Shown here one piece after another: positions 37,636 through 47,560 of a stretch of 64,000 nucleotides of DNA. The stretch comes from Veleropilina oligotropha (lineage: Eukaryota). The stretch's first letter is position 1. Every line of letters begins with the position of its first letter. A program made the position numbers and the translations under genes. The notes under the pieces are model-generated. The model was not told where the DNA came from and did not search any database. It was given only the letters and a program-made list of their open reading frames with translations. The DNA lies in the NCBI GenBank assembly GCA_048128005.1, contig JBEUKZ010000069.1, positions 310,001 to 374,000 of the forward strand, in the 5' to 3' direction.

Positions 37636-38029
37636 AAAGGACCCGAAAAAAGTGGCTGCAGGGAGGGCCGGCGCTGCTGCTCGAAAAGCCAAGCAGGAGA
37701 AGCTACTGGCCGCGGTTCGAAAAATGAAAGAAGACCTGAGTGCCCCAACAAGTGTTGTCGTTCCATCAGAACAGCCCGGGGAGGCGGTTCCAGCCGCAGA
37801 AAGACCGTGTGCGCCAGATACACGGAAATCGGACCCATTTAATTGGACCCAGGTAGCCGTCGCTGCCGGTACGGTTGCGTTGGTATTTGTTGTCTGGAAG
37901 ACGTCCTCAGAACGCAGCAACCCTGGTCCATCCACACCACATCAACAGCCACCAGACGCGGACGCTCGGTGCTCTCGGGCCGCCCCCACTATCGAATTGA
38001 AGAAGCAGAACCCTTTTCATATGCAATAG
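37538..38029 (+). CDS. Hypothetical basic protein with a TM segment
   Basis: KKDPKKVAAGRAGAAARKAK motif, TM VAVAAGTVALVFVVW; likely start aagATG 37538. Confidence 0.65.
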   Translation: MTTPEVDQVIERQPIESQPIERVTSSTDSSVSKKDPKKVAAGRAGAAARKAKQEKLLAAVRKMKEDLSAPTSVVVPSEQPGEAVPAAERPCAPDTRKSDPFNWTQVAVAAGTVALVFVVWKTSSERSNPGPSTPHQQPPDADARCSRAAPTIELKKQNPFHMQ

Positions 38030-38054
38030 TCGCAAACGGTACTAATCAACAGTT

Positions 38055-38294
38055 ATGACTACCCCAATCACTGATGGAAAGATGCTCGGCAACGCTGTAT
38101 ACCACGCCGCTATAGTGTCAGGCCTCGCCATAGGCTACGCACGCCTGACAAAGATGGTATTCAAGGGAGCGAGCCCCAAACTGGACTTCACGGGGTACGA
38201 TGTCGGGATGGTCGTCCTCGACGTATCGCTCGCCATGGCGACGAAAGACATGCTGATCAAGCAAGGCATCATTCCGGCCGATATATTGAAGTAG
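38055..38294 (+). CDS. Small 79-aa hydrophobic viral protein
   Basis: Intact, tightly packed ORF with two hydrophobic stretches. Confidence 0.7.
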   Translation: MTTPITDGKMLGNAVYHAAIVSGLAIGYARLTKMVFKGASPKLDFTGYDVGMVVLDVSLAMATKDMLIKQGIIPADILK

Positions 38295-38325
38295 TGGGAC
38301 CTTGCTAGATAATCGCAGCATTTCA

Positions 38326-38754
38326 ATGGCTTCCATTGCGATGCTGGTTGGGGGCGCTCTCGTCAACGCCCTCGCCTTCAGCGGCTCCAACTTCCTCTTC
38401 TCGAAGCTACGCAGCTCCGGTGTCGATGCGGAGCGTAAACGCCACGACATTGCTGTAGAACAGCTCAACGCTGCTCAGACTAAATGGTCACAACAGAGGG
38501 CAGAGCGTCTCGACTGGCTGAACGTTGAACTTCGCCGCCAGGGTCATGCCATTGGCACATTCCGGGATGTTGACGCCGCGATCCGTGAGTATGCATTGAT
38601 CACCGGCAAGAACCTTGACCCCGACCTGGGGGGTGGCCCTGAGCCCGCCCTGTCTGACTACTACACACCGAGCGATGGCCAGAAGGGACGTGAGATCACC
38701 TTCATCATCCTGGGGATGGCTGCGACCGGGTTGGTCGCCTACAAGCTCGCCTAA
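38326..38754 (+). CDS. 142-aa protein with hydrophobic N- and C-termini and a central coiled coil
   Basis: MASIAMLVGGALVNALAFSGSNFLF...ERKRHDIAVEQL...ITFIILGMAATGLVAY. Confidence 0.75.
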   Translation: MASIAMLVGGALVNALAFSGSNFLFSKLRSSGVDAERKRHDIAVEQLNAAQTKWSQQRAERLDWLNVELRRQGHAIGTFRDVDAAIREYALITGKNLDPDLGGGPEPALSDYYTPSDGQKGREITFIILGMAATGLVAYKLA

Positions 38755-38794
38755 TTATTTCCAGTGGACATTTTTTTCGTTGGCATGTATAGTA

Positions 38795-39016
38795 ATGGGG
38801 CTCCCAGAAGAGCTGTACTGTGCTATGCTTGCGGTCGGCTATAGTACTACGTTACTCGACTGCTGGCGCCGCGACGAAAAGACTATGGTGCGGTTCGCGG
38901 TCCTGGTGCTCTCGGGCCCGACCAACCTACGGGCGACCACTGCGCAGCGACCGGCTCCGGAAGCTGAAGCCTGTTGGAGACTGATCAGTTTACTGGAATA
39001 CATTGCTGATGGATAG
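38795..39016 (+). CDS. Hypothetical 73-aa protein
   Basis: Fills the gap before the integrase; its stop overlaps the integrase start region. Confidence 0.4.
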   Translation: MGLPEELYCAMLAVGYSTTLLDCWRRDEKTMVRFAVLVLSGPTNLRATTAQRPAPEAEACWRLISLLEYIADG

Positions 39017-40007
39017 TAAGCTTGCGAGGATGTACTACAGCCCTAAGGGCTACTGGAAAGGCATTGCCGCGATAAAGAAACTAGCTGACGCTGCCAAGGC
39101 GTCTGAAGTGGAGGCCCGGACATGGCTTAAGAGGCAGGCTATATGGCAGATCTATTTACCTGCGCCACGGCGGATTCCAAGACCAAAATTCGACGTCGTA
39201 ACGCCAAACGAGGTTCACCAAGCCGACCTCCTGTTTCTCCCCCATGACAAGGTCAGACACAAGACCTATAAGTACGCTTTGACTGTGGTTGATGTGGCCA
39301 GTCGCTTTAAAGAGGCTGAGCCTCTGGTCACAAAAGAGGCCAAAGGGGTTGCTGAAGCTCTGTCTCGAATCTACAGGCGGAGTCCTCTTGGCTGGCCGAA
39401 ACTGCTTCAAGTCGATCCAGGGCGAGAGTTTATGGGCGCGGTTTCCCAGCTGCTGGCAAAGAATAACGTCGAGGTTAGGCGTGGCCGTGTGGATATCCAT
39501 CGCGATCAGGGCATTGTGGAGCGCTTCAACCGGACGCTCGCTGAGCGGCTCTTCGGGCACCAGTATGCAACAGAGATGCGGTTTGCAGAGTCTGCGAAAG
39601 AGGGTCAAAGGTCAACTGAGTGGGTCGCCCGGTTAGCAGCTGTAGTTGCGGCCTTGAATGGGGAAGTGACCAGGCTGACCGGTAAAAAGCCCAAGGACGC
39701 CATCAAGGCACCTCGCGTTGCCCAAAAGCCAGGCGCCACTGTTCCAGGCCGACAGGGGAAGGAACAGAAACTCCCCTCTGACGTAGATGTTCGCTACCTT
39801 TACTACGATGGTGAGCTGGAGGGGGGTCATCGCCGTGCTACTGACCCGGTGTGGTCTCTAAAAGTTTACAGGCTTGGACGCTCCGTCACTAAGCCTGACG
39901 AGCCTGTGCTCTACTACTTGCTGGATGGACCACCGCGTGGCTTCGTTCGTGAGGAACTTCTCGTGGTGCCTCGTGATACCCAGCTGCCGCCGGTTCTCAG
40001 GCGTTAA
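39009..40007 (+). CDS. Retroviral-like (rve) DDE integrase, Polinton type, no chromodomain seen
   Basis: HQADLLFL (D), YKYALTVVDVASR, LQVDPGREF (D), GIVERFNRTL (E). Confidence 0.95.
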   Translation: MDSKLARMYYSPKGYWKGIAAIKKLADAAKASEVEARTWLKRQAIWQIYLPAPRRIPRPKFDVVTPNEVHQADLLFLPHDKVRHKTYKYALTVVDVASRFKEAEPLVTKEAKGVAEALSRIYRRSPLGWPKLLQVDPGREFMGAVSQLLAKNNVEVRRGRVDIHRDQGIVERFNRTLAERLFGHQYATEMRFAESAKEGQRSTEWVARLAAVVAALNGEVTRLTGKKPKDAIKAPRVAQKPGATVPGRQGKEQKLPSDVDVRYLYYDGELEGGHRRATDPVWSLKVYRLGRSVTKPDEPVLYYLLDGPPRGFVREELLVVPRDTQLPPVLRR

Positions 40008-43000
40008 CAACCGCAAATCCTCGTTTCCGGTTACATTCCAGACACGTTAAGCGCACGTTGTCGCGGGTGTGGCCCCTGCTGTTGTCCACACGGTCGACAC
40101 TGAACTGCTGTGTGTCCTTCGGGGAATATGCCCAGAGCAGCTCTATGTTGCATGCTGCGCAGCGGTTGTTTTGGGCCTCTCTGAGCCGCAGGATGTCGTC
40201 GACCTTGAGGTTAAACCCCGGGAGTCCCGTTGCCTGGTCCTGGCGTTTGTACGCCACAAGCTTTTTCTGGATGGTCTTTCGGAGCTGTTGCTCGGTTTGG
40301 GGGGGCCTGTCCTCAGAACCCTCATCCGGTGGACAGGTTACCCGTTCGAGCTGACGCAGCAGCTCCACCCGGGACACGGCTAGGTAGGCGAGATTACTCC
40401 ACTGAAGGTAGTCGTCGATGATCCAGACTTTCTGTGGGTCGTGAATCGTAAGACCCTGGCTCGAATGGATGGTCAGGGCATAGCCCAGGCGCCAATCCGG
40501 GGTCAGGATCGCCCGCTCAGCGGCCTCAATGGTGACCTCGACGACGTCGTTCAGAACTAGCTCCTCTCTGTCGCTGGTGCCCGGAATGATTACCATGATG
40601 TTCTGTTTTCTGCTGTCCCTGGGGTGGTACAGGATAGGCACCATGGAGTCTGGGAAGTGCTCCTTGTGCCTCTGGAGCAACAGCTCTTGAGCCCGTTCGC
40701 GGACCTTCTGACGGCTTGTGAGGATTAGGTCGCCTGGCTTCCAGGTGTTGACGAACCGGTCCCATCCGAGGCAGCTGGGGAGGGTCCGTCGCATCTCGTC
40801 GCACTGGACTTTGTCGGGCTGGAGACGGATACGTCTTTTCAGGGCTTGGAGGGCAGGGTCGTCTTTCGCCCTGTAGTCTACTTCGATCTCTTCATAGTAG
40901 TCCGCGGTCTTTCGCAGCCAATCGTGCGGCATCTCGCCCGTAATCGGTGGTGGCTGGCCTTGATCACCACAGCAGATAACCTGCACTTCGTGGCGGCGCA
41001 GCCAGTCCAAGAACATCTCTAGGATGTGCCGGGGAACAGTACAGACCTCGTCCCAGATAATGACGCGCGGGATGAACTTCTGACCCATGCGATCAGGCGT
41101 CCAGTCGTTCTGGCCGCTCCATCGGAAGAAGCTGTGGTAGGTCTGGGCTTTGACGCCTCTGGTCCGCATCTCTTTAGCGAGGCGGTGGGTTGGTGTGAAC
41201 ACGACGGGATTCCTTGCCCGAAAGAGCTCGATCGCTCTCGTAGTCTTGCCACAGCCCCCTCCACCGTTGAGGTAACTCAGGCGATGGTGGGTCAGTGTGT
41301 CATTGTAGCATGGCGCGGTGCTCGGCTGGCTGGAATTGGCGGCACAACAATACTCTGGCTTGGGTAGGTATGCGGCATGTTCCTGTGGCATATACAGCTG
41401 TTCGCCCTTGTCACGCCACTGGGCTGGTGCTACTGGCGGAAGGTACGGCTCCGCGATCAGACATGAGATGCACGATTTCTCGCCACAGCCGCAGAGTCTG
41501 GGGGCAACGTACACCGTGACATCGTCGAGCTTCTCCAACGAGGCCTTCTTGAGGTAGATGCTGTCCGTGGCTACCCGGACGGCTTCTGCTGCACTGAAAC
41601 GCTTCAGCATGCTCAAGAGGTTTATGTGTGCATAGGCCAACATGGATGCCCTCAGGTGGGCGTACTGAGGCTGGGAGCCATCATAGTACGTGAGGATGTG
41701 ACCGAGGGGGCATCTCTGAGGAGCGCCAACCAGGGTGCCGCTTTGGCGGGTGTCTCTTACGAGGAAGTCGAGCTCACCCTGGTCGGTCACCAGTCTACGA
41801 GTCAATCGCTTTCCGTCAGCTTTGGCGCCTTGGGTGAATTTGCCGATAATGCTGCAGCCCTGGTCACGATTCTCCGGAAGCCAGACATCGGTCTGGTTTT
41901 TGAACGCGATGATGGCCTCTCGGATCTTGAGGCTTTTTAGCAGTCCAGAGTCTACGAGGAAGGCGAGCAGCGGGGTGGGTGCCCATCCATTCTCTGCAAA
42001 GTGCTTTCCGAACCATGCTACAATGACGGGGTGGATGTCTTGTGCGAACTCCCATTCCACGACCTCAGCAAACCCGGTCCCGATATCTTGGGGTAGAGGA
42101 CCGTTAATTGCGACCCGGGTCATGCTGTGGAGTGGGTGTCCGAATCTTTCGAAATAGGGCTTAGCCTCGCCCTTCCCCAGAAAGCTGGCAGGGTAGCAGG
42201 CTTTCATATCGATGCAGCAGACATCGCCCGTGTCGTAATTCATGGAATTCCAGAGACCGCCGTGGCCATGCTCTACACAGGCCTTCTGGATGTCATCGAG
42301 CAGGCTCGCCGGGGTGGGTTTCCAGCCGTTGGTCTCTTTAGCCATAATGCTAGCTGCATGGTTCACGCCAAAGGCTCTCTCGGCAAGGGACTCATTCCCC
42401 AGCGCTGTACAGGCTTCCTGGAGTCTCTCGTGAGTCTCTTTTGTCCTGTACGTGCGGCCGTCCTGAAGCACGAACTGGTCCACGCCGAGCTGTCGGTCTT
42501 TACCGCCTAGGAGCCAGACAGCCAATGGCTCGTTCTGTGTGGCTTGTCGGATAGCTTCCCAGACATCGCCCTCATACAGGTGGACCTCGCGAGACTGCGG
42601 AAAGTGTAGGTCCTTCGACCAGGCGTGGCCGTTGTGACAGATGAGTTCTACTGGTCTATGCCAGCCCTGGTACTTCCCACTGCTGTAGATGTCCTCGCCG
42701 GCAATATCTCTCAGTATGATCGCCCGTTTGAGGATCCTCTCGAGGATGGATATATCATCCACAGTGGCGCCTGTTACGTGGACTCGCTCTTCCCACTCCA
42801 GTATTTTCTGCCGCCTTGTCGGGGTGAGTCCGTTTCCTCTAAGGGCACCTTCGAAGTGCTCAACCACTCGTTGGGCAACGCAGTTGAGGTCGCCGTTCTT
42901 CATCGGAACCAGGTTGGCGGGGTTTGGTTCTCTGAGAGGATAGACGCCGTAGACGACTGCAGTGACCGGGTAGGCATTCTCGTAGTAGACCTTGTCGACC

Positions 43001-43827
43001 CCAGTGATAGCACCCGGCTTAGTATCCTGAGAGATCTCAAAGACACCCTGGCCCTTCTTTCTCGCAGCCTTCACCGGGTCAAACTTGTCTTCGACCACCC
43101 AGTCACCTTCACCCCACTCACGCAAGAACTTTATCCTAAGGAGAAACTCGCCCTTTGGAAGGGCTGTGAGGAGCTGTGCCGCCCTTGCATCTGTCATACG
43201 GGCATCCAGGGCCAGCCGTCCAGCCACTTCTACCCTCCATGTGGAGAAAGCCGCCGCGGCGCCATCGACCTCAAACTCGTCTTTGGCGTCGCTCAAGAGT
43301 TCCACCCATGGCTCTTTTGCTGGGAGCCTTACTGGGGGAGGGACCTGGTCATCCAGGTCGATGAATCGTTGTCCCTCGGGTGTGGTAAATTGCCCTAGAA
43401 GATCCTTCTGGTAGTCCTGGGCTGTCCGGGGCGTTTTGGAGATGAGAAGATCGGGCCCCTTCCGAGCAATAGCATGGGCAAGGGTCTCTTTCCGAGACCG
43501 CTTGACGATTCGATCCGCGATGGCGCGAAGTGGCTTCAGTCGAATCCTGGGATTTTTCTCAGCCTGGGATTCGTATTTACGAGCCTGCAGGGCGGCGTCG
43601 ACCTCGTCCTTAATCTGCCGCAACTCGCGAGCACGTCGGCCTCTTTTGTGGGGGTTCTCCACATCTCCACGTATGGAGGGGAACCTTCCCGTTTTCATCG
43701 CCCGCTCGAGTCTGCTCCGAAACTCCGCAGCACGGACCCTGGCGATTGCCCTGACGAGGTCGTGCTTCTTGAGCTTCGACCGAGCGGGAATCCCATAATC
43801 TTTCGCTAGATTGCGCAGGTCATCCAT
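39997..43827 (-). CDS. 1276-aa replicase fusion: OTU-like region + divergent family-B DNA polymerase + SF1 (RecD/Pif1-like) helicase + HNH nuclease
   Basis: GDLNCV..HNGH; PolB IDMKACYP, SIIGKF, RASMLAYAH, VATDSI; SF1 GGGGCGKT, TPTH, IWDEV, GDQGQPPP, YRAKD, ALTIHSSQGLT, YLAVSR; HNH CAAC..SVDRVDNSRGH..DNVRLTCLECN. Confidence 0.9.
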   Translation of the reverse strand: MDDLRNLAKDYGIPARSKLKKHDLVRAIARVRAAEFRSRLERAMKTGRFPSIRGDVENPHKRGRRARELRQIKDEVDAALQARKYESQAEKNPRIRLKPLRAIADRIVKRSRKETLAHAIARKGPDLLISKTPRTAQDYQKDLLGQFTTPEGQRFIDLDDQVPPPVRLPAKEPWVELLSDAKDEFEVDGAAAAFSTWRVEVAGRLALDARMTDARAAQLLTALPKGEFLLRIKFLREWGEGDWVVEDKFDPVKAARKKGQGVFEISQDTKPGAITGVDKVYYENAYPVTAVVYGVYPLREPNPANLVPMKNGDLNCVAQRVVEHFEGALRGNGLTPTRRQKILEWEERVHVTGATVDDISILERILKRAIILRDIAGEDIYSSGKYQGWHRPVELICHNGHAWSKDLHFPQSREVHLYEGDVWEAIRQATQNEPLAVWLLGGKDRQLGVDQFVLQDGRTYRTKETHERLQEACTALGNESLAERAFGVNHAASIMAKETNGWKPTPASLLDDIQKACVEHGHGGLWNSMNYDTGDVCCIDMKACYPASFLGKGEAKPYFERFGHPLHSMTRVAINGPLPQDIGTGFAEVVEWEFAQDIHPVIVAWFGKHFAENGWAPTPLLAFLVDSGLLKSLKIREAIIAFKNQTDVWLPENRDQGCSIIGKFTQGAKADGKRLTRRLVTDQGELDFLVRDTRQSGTLVGAPQRCPLGHILTYYDGSQPQYAHLRASMLAYAHINLLSMLKRFSAAEAVRVATDSIYLKKASLEKLDDVTVYVAPRLCGCGEKSCISCLIAEPYLPPVAPAQWRDKGEQLYMPQEHAAYLPKPEYCCAANSSQPSTAPCYNDTLTHHRLSYLNGGGGCGKTTRAIELFRARNPVVFTPTHRLAKEMRTRGVKAQTYHSFFRWSGQNDWTPDRMGQKFIPRVIIWDEVCTVPRHILEMFLDWLRRHEVQVICCGDQGQPPPITGEMPHDWLRKTADYYEEIEVDYRAKDDPALQALKRRIRLQPDKVQCDEMRRTLPSCLGWDRFVNTWKPGDLILTSRQKVRERAQELLLQRHKEHFPDSMVPILYHPRDSRKQNIMVIIPGTSDREELVLNDVVEVTIEAAERAILTPDWRLGYALTIHSSQGLTIHDPQKVWIIDDYLQWSNLAYLAVSRVELLRQLERVTCPPDEGSEDRPPQTEQQLRKTIQKKLVAYKRQDQATGLPGFNLKVDDILRLREAQNNRCAACNIELLWAYSPKDTQQFSVDRVDNSRGHTRDNVRLTCLECNRKRGFAVVNA

Positions 43828-43874
43828 GTTGCTGGGGGGTACACACTAGGATCTTTACTTCTCTAATATGAAAT

Positions 43875-44168
43875 TTACGCGTGGTAAATTGCAGCCATGC
43901 GGAGAAACTCTCTCTCGAAGGCCCTTTTCTTTCGTTGCCAGTCCATACCGTTCTCACTCTTATACCCACAGCCCTTACACAACGTAAGCCGGTTGAAAAC
44001 GCCCTTCCCGCATTTGCTGCAGGGTTTTGTGCCCCGGCCATTTCGCCGTTGCCGAGCCAGATGGACTTTGCAATACGTGTTCAGACATCTCTTACCACAT
44101 AGCTCCGTGGAGCTGATGGTGAGCCATTGACAGGTGTCCGTTCCCCACATATTGATAGCGGTTATCAT
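43875..44168 (-). CDS. Small Cys-rich, putative zinc-binding protein
   Basis: C-x10-C-x3-C-x4-C-x2-H, then CxxC-x10-CxxC; basic. Confidence 0.6.
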   Translation of the reverse strand: MITAINMWGTDTCQWLTISSTELCGKRCLNTYCKVHLARQRRNGRGTKPCSKCGKGVFNRLTLCKGCGYKSENGMDWQRKKRAFEREFLRMAAIYHA

Positions 44169-44195
44169 TGTATATACCAGTCTCTAATAGATATT

Positions 44196-44477
44196 ATGAC
44201 ACTAAGATATCGAGCCCGGTGCACGGTGAGAAATAACCGGCATGTTAGACGTTGTGTAGTTATACTTGAAAGCAACATGCCACAGGAAGACATTATTACG
44301 CTGTACAGCGAACGGAGCTTCAGGCGCGTTAAAAACCTCTTAAACCGGGGCTATAACGTTTTGATCGTTGTACTCGACAATGGTGAACAAGCGATATATA
44401 AGAAGAAGACCAAAGACGGTAGAAAGGGAGTTGCACGAAATCAAACTCACCCCCCCTGCTACTGCTCGCATAACTGA
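44196..44477 (+). CDS. Hypothetical 93-aa basic protein
   Basis: ATG 44196, divergent from the Zn-finger ORF, ends just inside the right TIR region. Confidence 0.4.
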   Translation: MTLRYRARCTVRNNRHVRRCVVILESNMPQEDIITLYSERSFRRVKNLLNRGYNVLIVVLDNGEQAIYKKKTKDGRKGVARNQTHPPCYCSHN

Positions 44478-44576
44478 GGAGCCCGGGCCGGCGAGGGTAG
44501 TGGGCCGTCCCTGGGGGCTCTATGTCGCTGTACACACGGTAACTTTTTTGTAATACACGATATACCCTGGGGTCTG

Positions 44577-44720
44577 AAATATAGCTGGGAGCCTTAATTT
44601 CCCCCGCTGCGCCCCTAGTCTAACTCCCTAGCCCTCCACAGTAATACCAGCTCAGTTCTGAAATGGTGCTGGGCGCTGTATTTTCCCATTCTAAAAAGTC
44701 CAATGACCCCCCCTGCTGCT
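44577..44720 (-). repeat. Right TIR (144-bp core; degenerate extension to ~44480)
   Basis: Ends CCCCCCCTGCTGCT, followed by the CTACC TSD. Confidence 0.95.
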
Positions 44721-45299
44721 CTACCATATATGATGGTGATTTTCCGAGAGAGTTTCATCCTCAACCAGGCTTCAAACACATCTTGCATTCAATAATATTG
44801 TTTCAGCATCCAATAAAAATGCAAGTGATATTTGCCTGGCATTCATTAGCGTATTATTTTAATATTTCCAAATCTGACCAAATAATATTATAGCCTCCAC
44901 ATATATATCGTATACATATCACGATATTGGTCATGACATAATTCCTCTTCGGTGTTACTAGTTGCCTTATTATATATTATTGGAATTATGACGCGCTAAA
45001 TATTTTGCAAATTGAATTGTTTCCATGTCATGGAAATTCGATTTTTTTTTTGGTTGCATTATTATAACATGGTTACTGTGTCATCAACAACGACAGACTG
45101 TAAGCCTCAACCTTTACCTTCACATGCAGATAAAGCTATTGGTGTTTTAAAGCGCAATACAGGACTATCCGTGCGTCTTGCGTTTTCATTTTGTTGTTTG
45201 TGTAAGCATTTCCAGCACATTTAAATGTAAATAGATTTAAATATAATTTGTTTGGGTTTAGAAAGCGCATTACTGCCACTCATATAAAACCCCATTCAA

Positions 45300-47560
45300 T
45301 TTGCCCTGCTTCCTAAAATTATCATATAGGCGATTTTTAAATTGGTTTACATAATTCGATTCCACTACATTATTAGGAAGATCTTTCCATTCATCGACAA
45401 CCCGATTTGAGAAAAATTCTTTTCTAACGTCTAGTCGGAATCGTTTTTTTGTAAATCTTGTATTGATGCTCCAGGGTATGCCTTTGGTTCATCTGAAAAA
45501 ACATATTGTCTTTTCCTGTAAACATTTTAAACACCTGAATCATATCACATATTATCCTTCTCAAAGATAATGTTGTGAGGTTCAGTGCTCTTAGTCCCTC
45601 CTCATATGGTAATTATCTCAATTATCCTATCAATTTTGTAGCTCTTCTTTGAACTTGTTCTAAAATATTGATATCATTTGCAAGATATGGACACCATGCT
45701 TGCATTGCATATTATAAATGCGGTCTAACTATTTGATTGTATAGGCGAGTTATGATGGCTTTAGATTTTAAATTAAAATTTATCTTTATCATTCCCAATA
45801 TTTGATTTCCCTTTTTAGCTGAATCTGCACATTGATTTGATGGTTTTAATGTCTTGTCTACCCATACACGCAATTCTTTTTATCTGGCCACTTCTTGTAA
45901 AGCTTCTGAACCAATTTAATAATTATAGGTATTGTTATTATAGCCCGCATACATAACTTTACACTTACTGGTGTTGAAAAGCATTTGCCATTCCTCAGAC
46001 CATTTTACCACATTATTTAAGTCACCTTGAAGTTTCTTTGCATCTTCTTCTGTTTCGATAATTCTGTACAGTTTGGTATCGTCTGCAAACTTTTTTACTA
46101 GATATGTAATGACGTCATCAATGTCATTTAAATATATGAGAAACAACAATGGTCCCAAAACAGAACCTTGTGGGACACCACTTATTACCGGTTCCCATTA
46201 TGACTTGATCCCATTTATTACACCCCTCTGTTTTCTATTTTCTAGCCACTTACATATCCAATTTAGTATTGGGCCTTTAATGCCATGGGTACTTAATTTT
46301 TGTAATAGTCATTTATATGGAACTTTATCGAATGCTTTCTGAAAATCAAGACATATGATATCAACTGGTTTTCCCGTGTCAATTGCACTTGTTACGTCTT
46401 CAAAAAATGTCAGTAAGTTTGTTAAACAAGATATTTTCTGCATAAACCCATGTTGACTAAGGTTTAGAAGGCCAGATTTATTTATGCGTTTTTATTTATG
46501 CGTTTTAAGATAGCATCCTTCAAGATAGATTCCATTATTTTGCCTACTATTGATGTCAGACTAACAGGTCGATAATTTTGGGTATTTGATCGACTACCAT
46601 TTTTAAAGATTGGGGTAATATTTCCAGTCTTCCAGTCATCAGGCAAGCTGCCTTCTTGTAGACTGTTATTGAATAGCATGGCTAATGGTTTTTCTAATTG
46701 ATCTTTACCGGATTTAACAATTTGGGATATATGCTGTCTGGACCTGGAGCTTTACTGACATTTAGTAAGCTTATCTTTTTTTCAACCATTTCCGTAGTAA
46801 TTTAAATACTTTCACAAAAAGTTTCATGATCTTCATAAATAAGTTTTACTTGTGGAATGTTTACTGTGTCCTCAAGCGTATAAACAGATCCAAAATATTT
46901 GTTTAGGTATTCTGCGATTTGTACATCATCAGATATAACATTTCCATGTTCATCGTTCATTGGACCTACGACATCTTTTGTTTTTTTTGTTTTGACCTAA
47001 CATAAGCATAAAAAGATTTTGGGTTTTCCTTGATGTTTTTTGTTAAATTTCTTCAAAAGTTTTTAGAAGAAAGATATATTTTTTACTTTATTTATCACTT
47101 TCTTTATATTTGTGGTGCTCATCCGTGTTCGAGCGACTCTCTGTATCGTTTCCAACGTTTATATTTCCGTCTTATAATTGTTCTGACTTTCCTGGTTAGC
47201 CATGGCGTTGAATGTTTTTTGCCTCTACACTTTAATGGAACATTTCTTTTCATTATTTCCTCGATGTTATTTCAAAAACTTCCCAATATTCTTTGACATT
47301 AAAGTTTGCAGTTCCCTCCCAGTTTATATTTCGGAGATCTGCTTTAATTTTGTCAAAATCCAATTTTCGAAAATCTGGTATTTCTTGTTTGCTAGTTTTC
47401 ACAATTGTTTTGGGTGTATCTGGATTTCAATTAAATCATGATCACTACTTCCAAGTTTCCCAATTTTGCTAATGTTTTGCACCATATTTACCTCACTAAA
47501 TCTAATACATTATTGCCACTTGTCGTGAAATCCACATGTTGGTGCATTAATTCAGTTTGC
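45300..47560 (-). mobile_element. Decayed CR1-clade LINE (ORF2 EN-end/RT fragments)
   Basis: [73 protein letters not shown]. Multiple stops and frameshifts. Confidence 0.9.

Larger units (their letters stand above)
29034..44720. mobile_element. Complete Polinton/Maverick-like endogenous virus (15,687 bp)
   Basis: TIRs, CTACC TSD (29029-29033 / 44721-44725), sharp GC increase, dense intronless ORFs for MCP, penton, ATPase, rve integrase and a PolB-helicase fusion. Confidence 0.95.

Noticed and set aside
40058..43809. Many plus-strand ORFs up to 257 aa opposite the replicase
   Set aside because: Expected antisense shadows in GC-rich coding DNA; no motifs.
29034..44720. Bacterial prophage or contaminant explanation for the GC-rich island
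   Set aside because: Flanked by TIRs and a TSD within eukaryotic DNA, contains a host L2 fragment, and encodes a Polinton-type rve integrase and penton.
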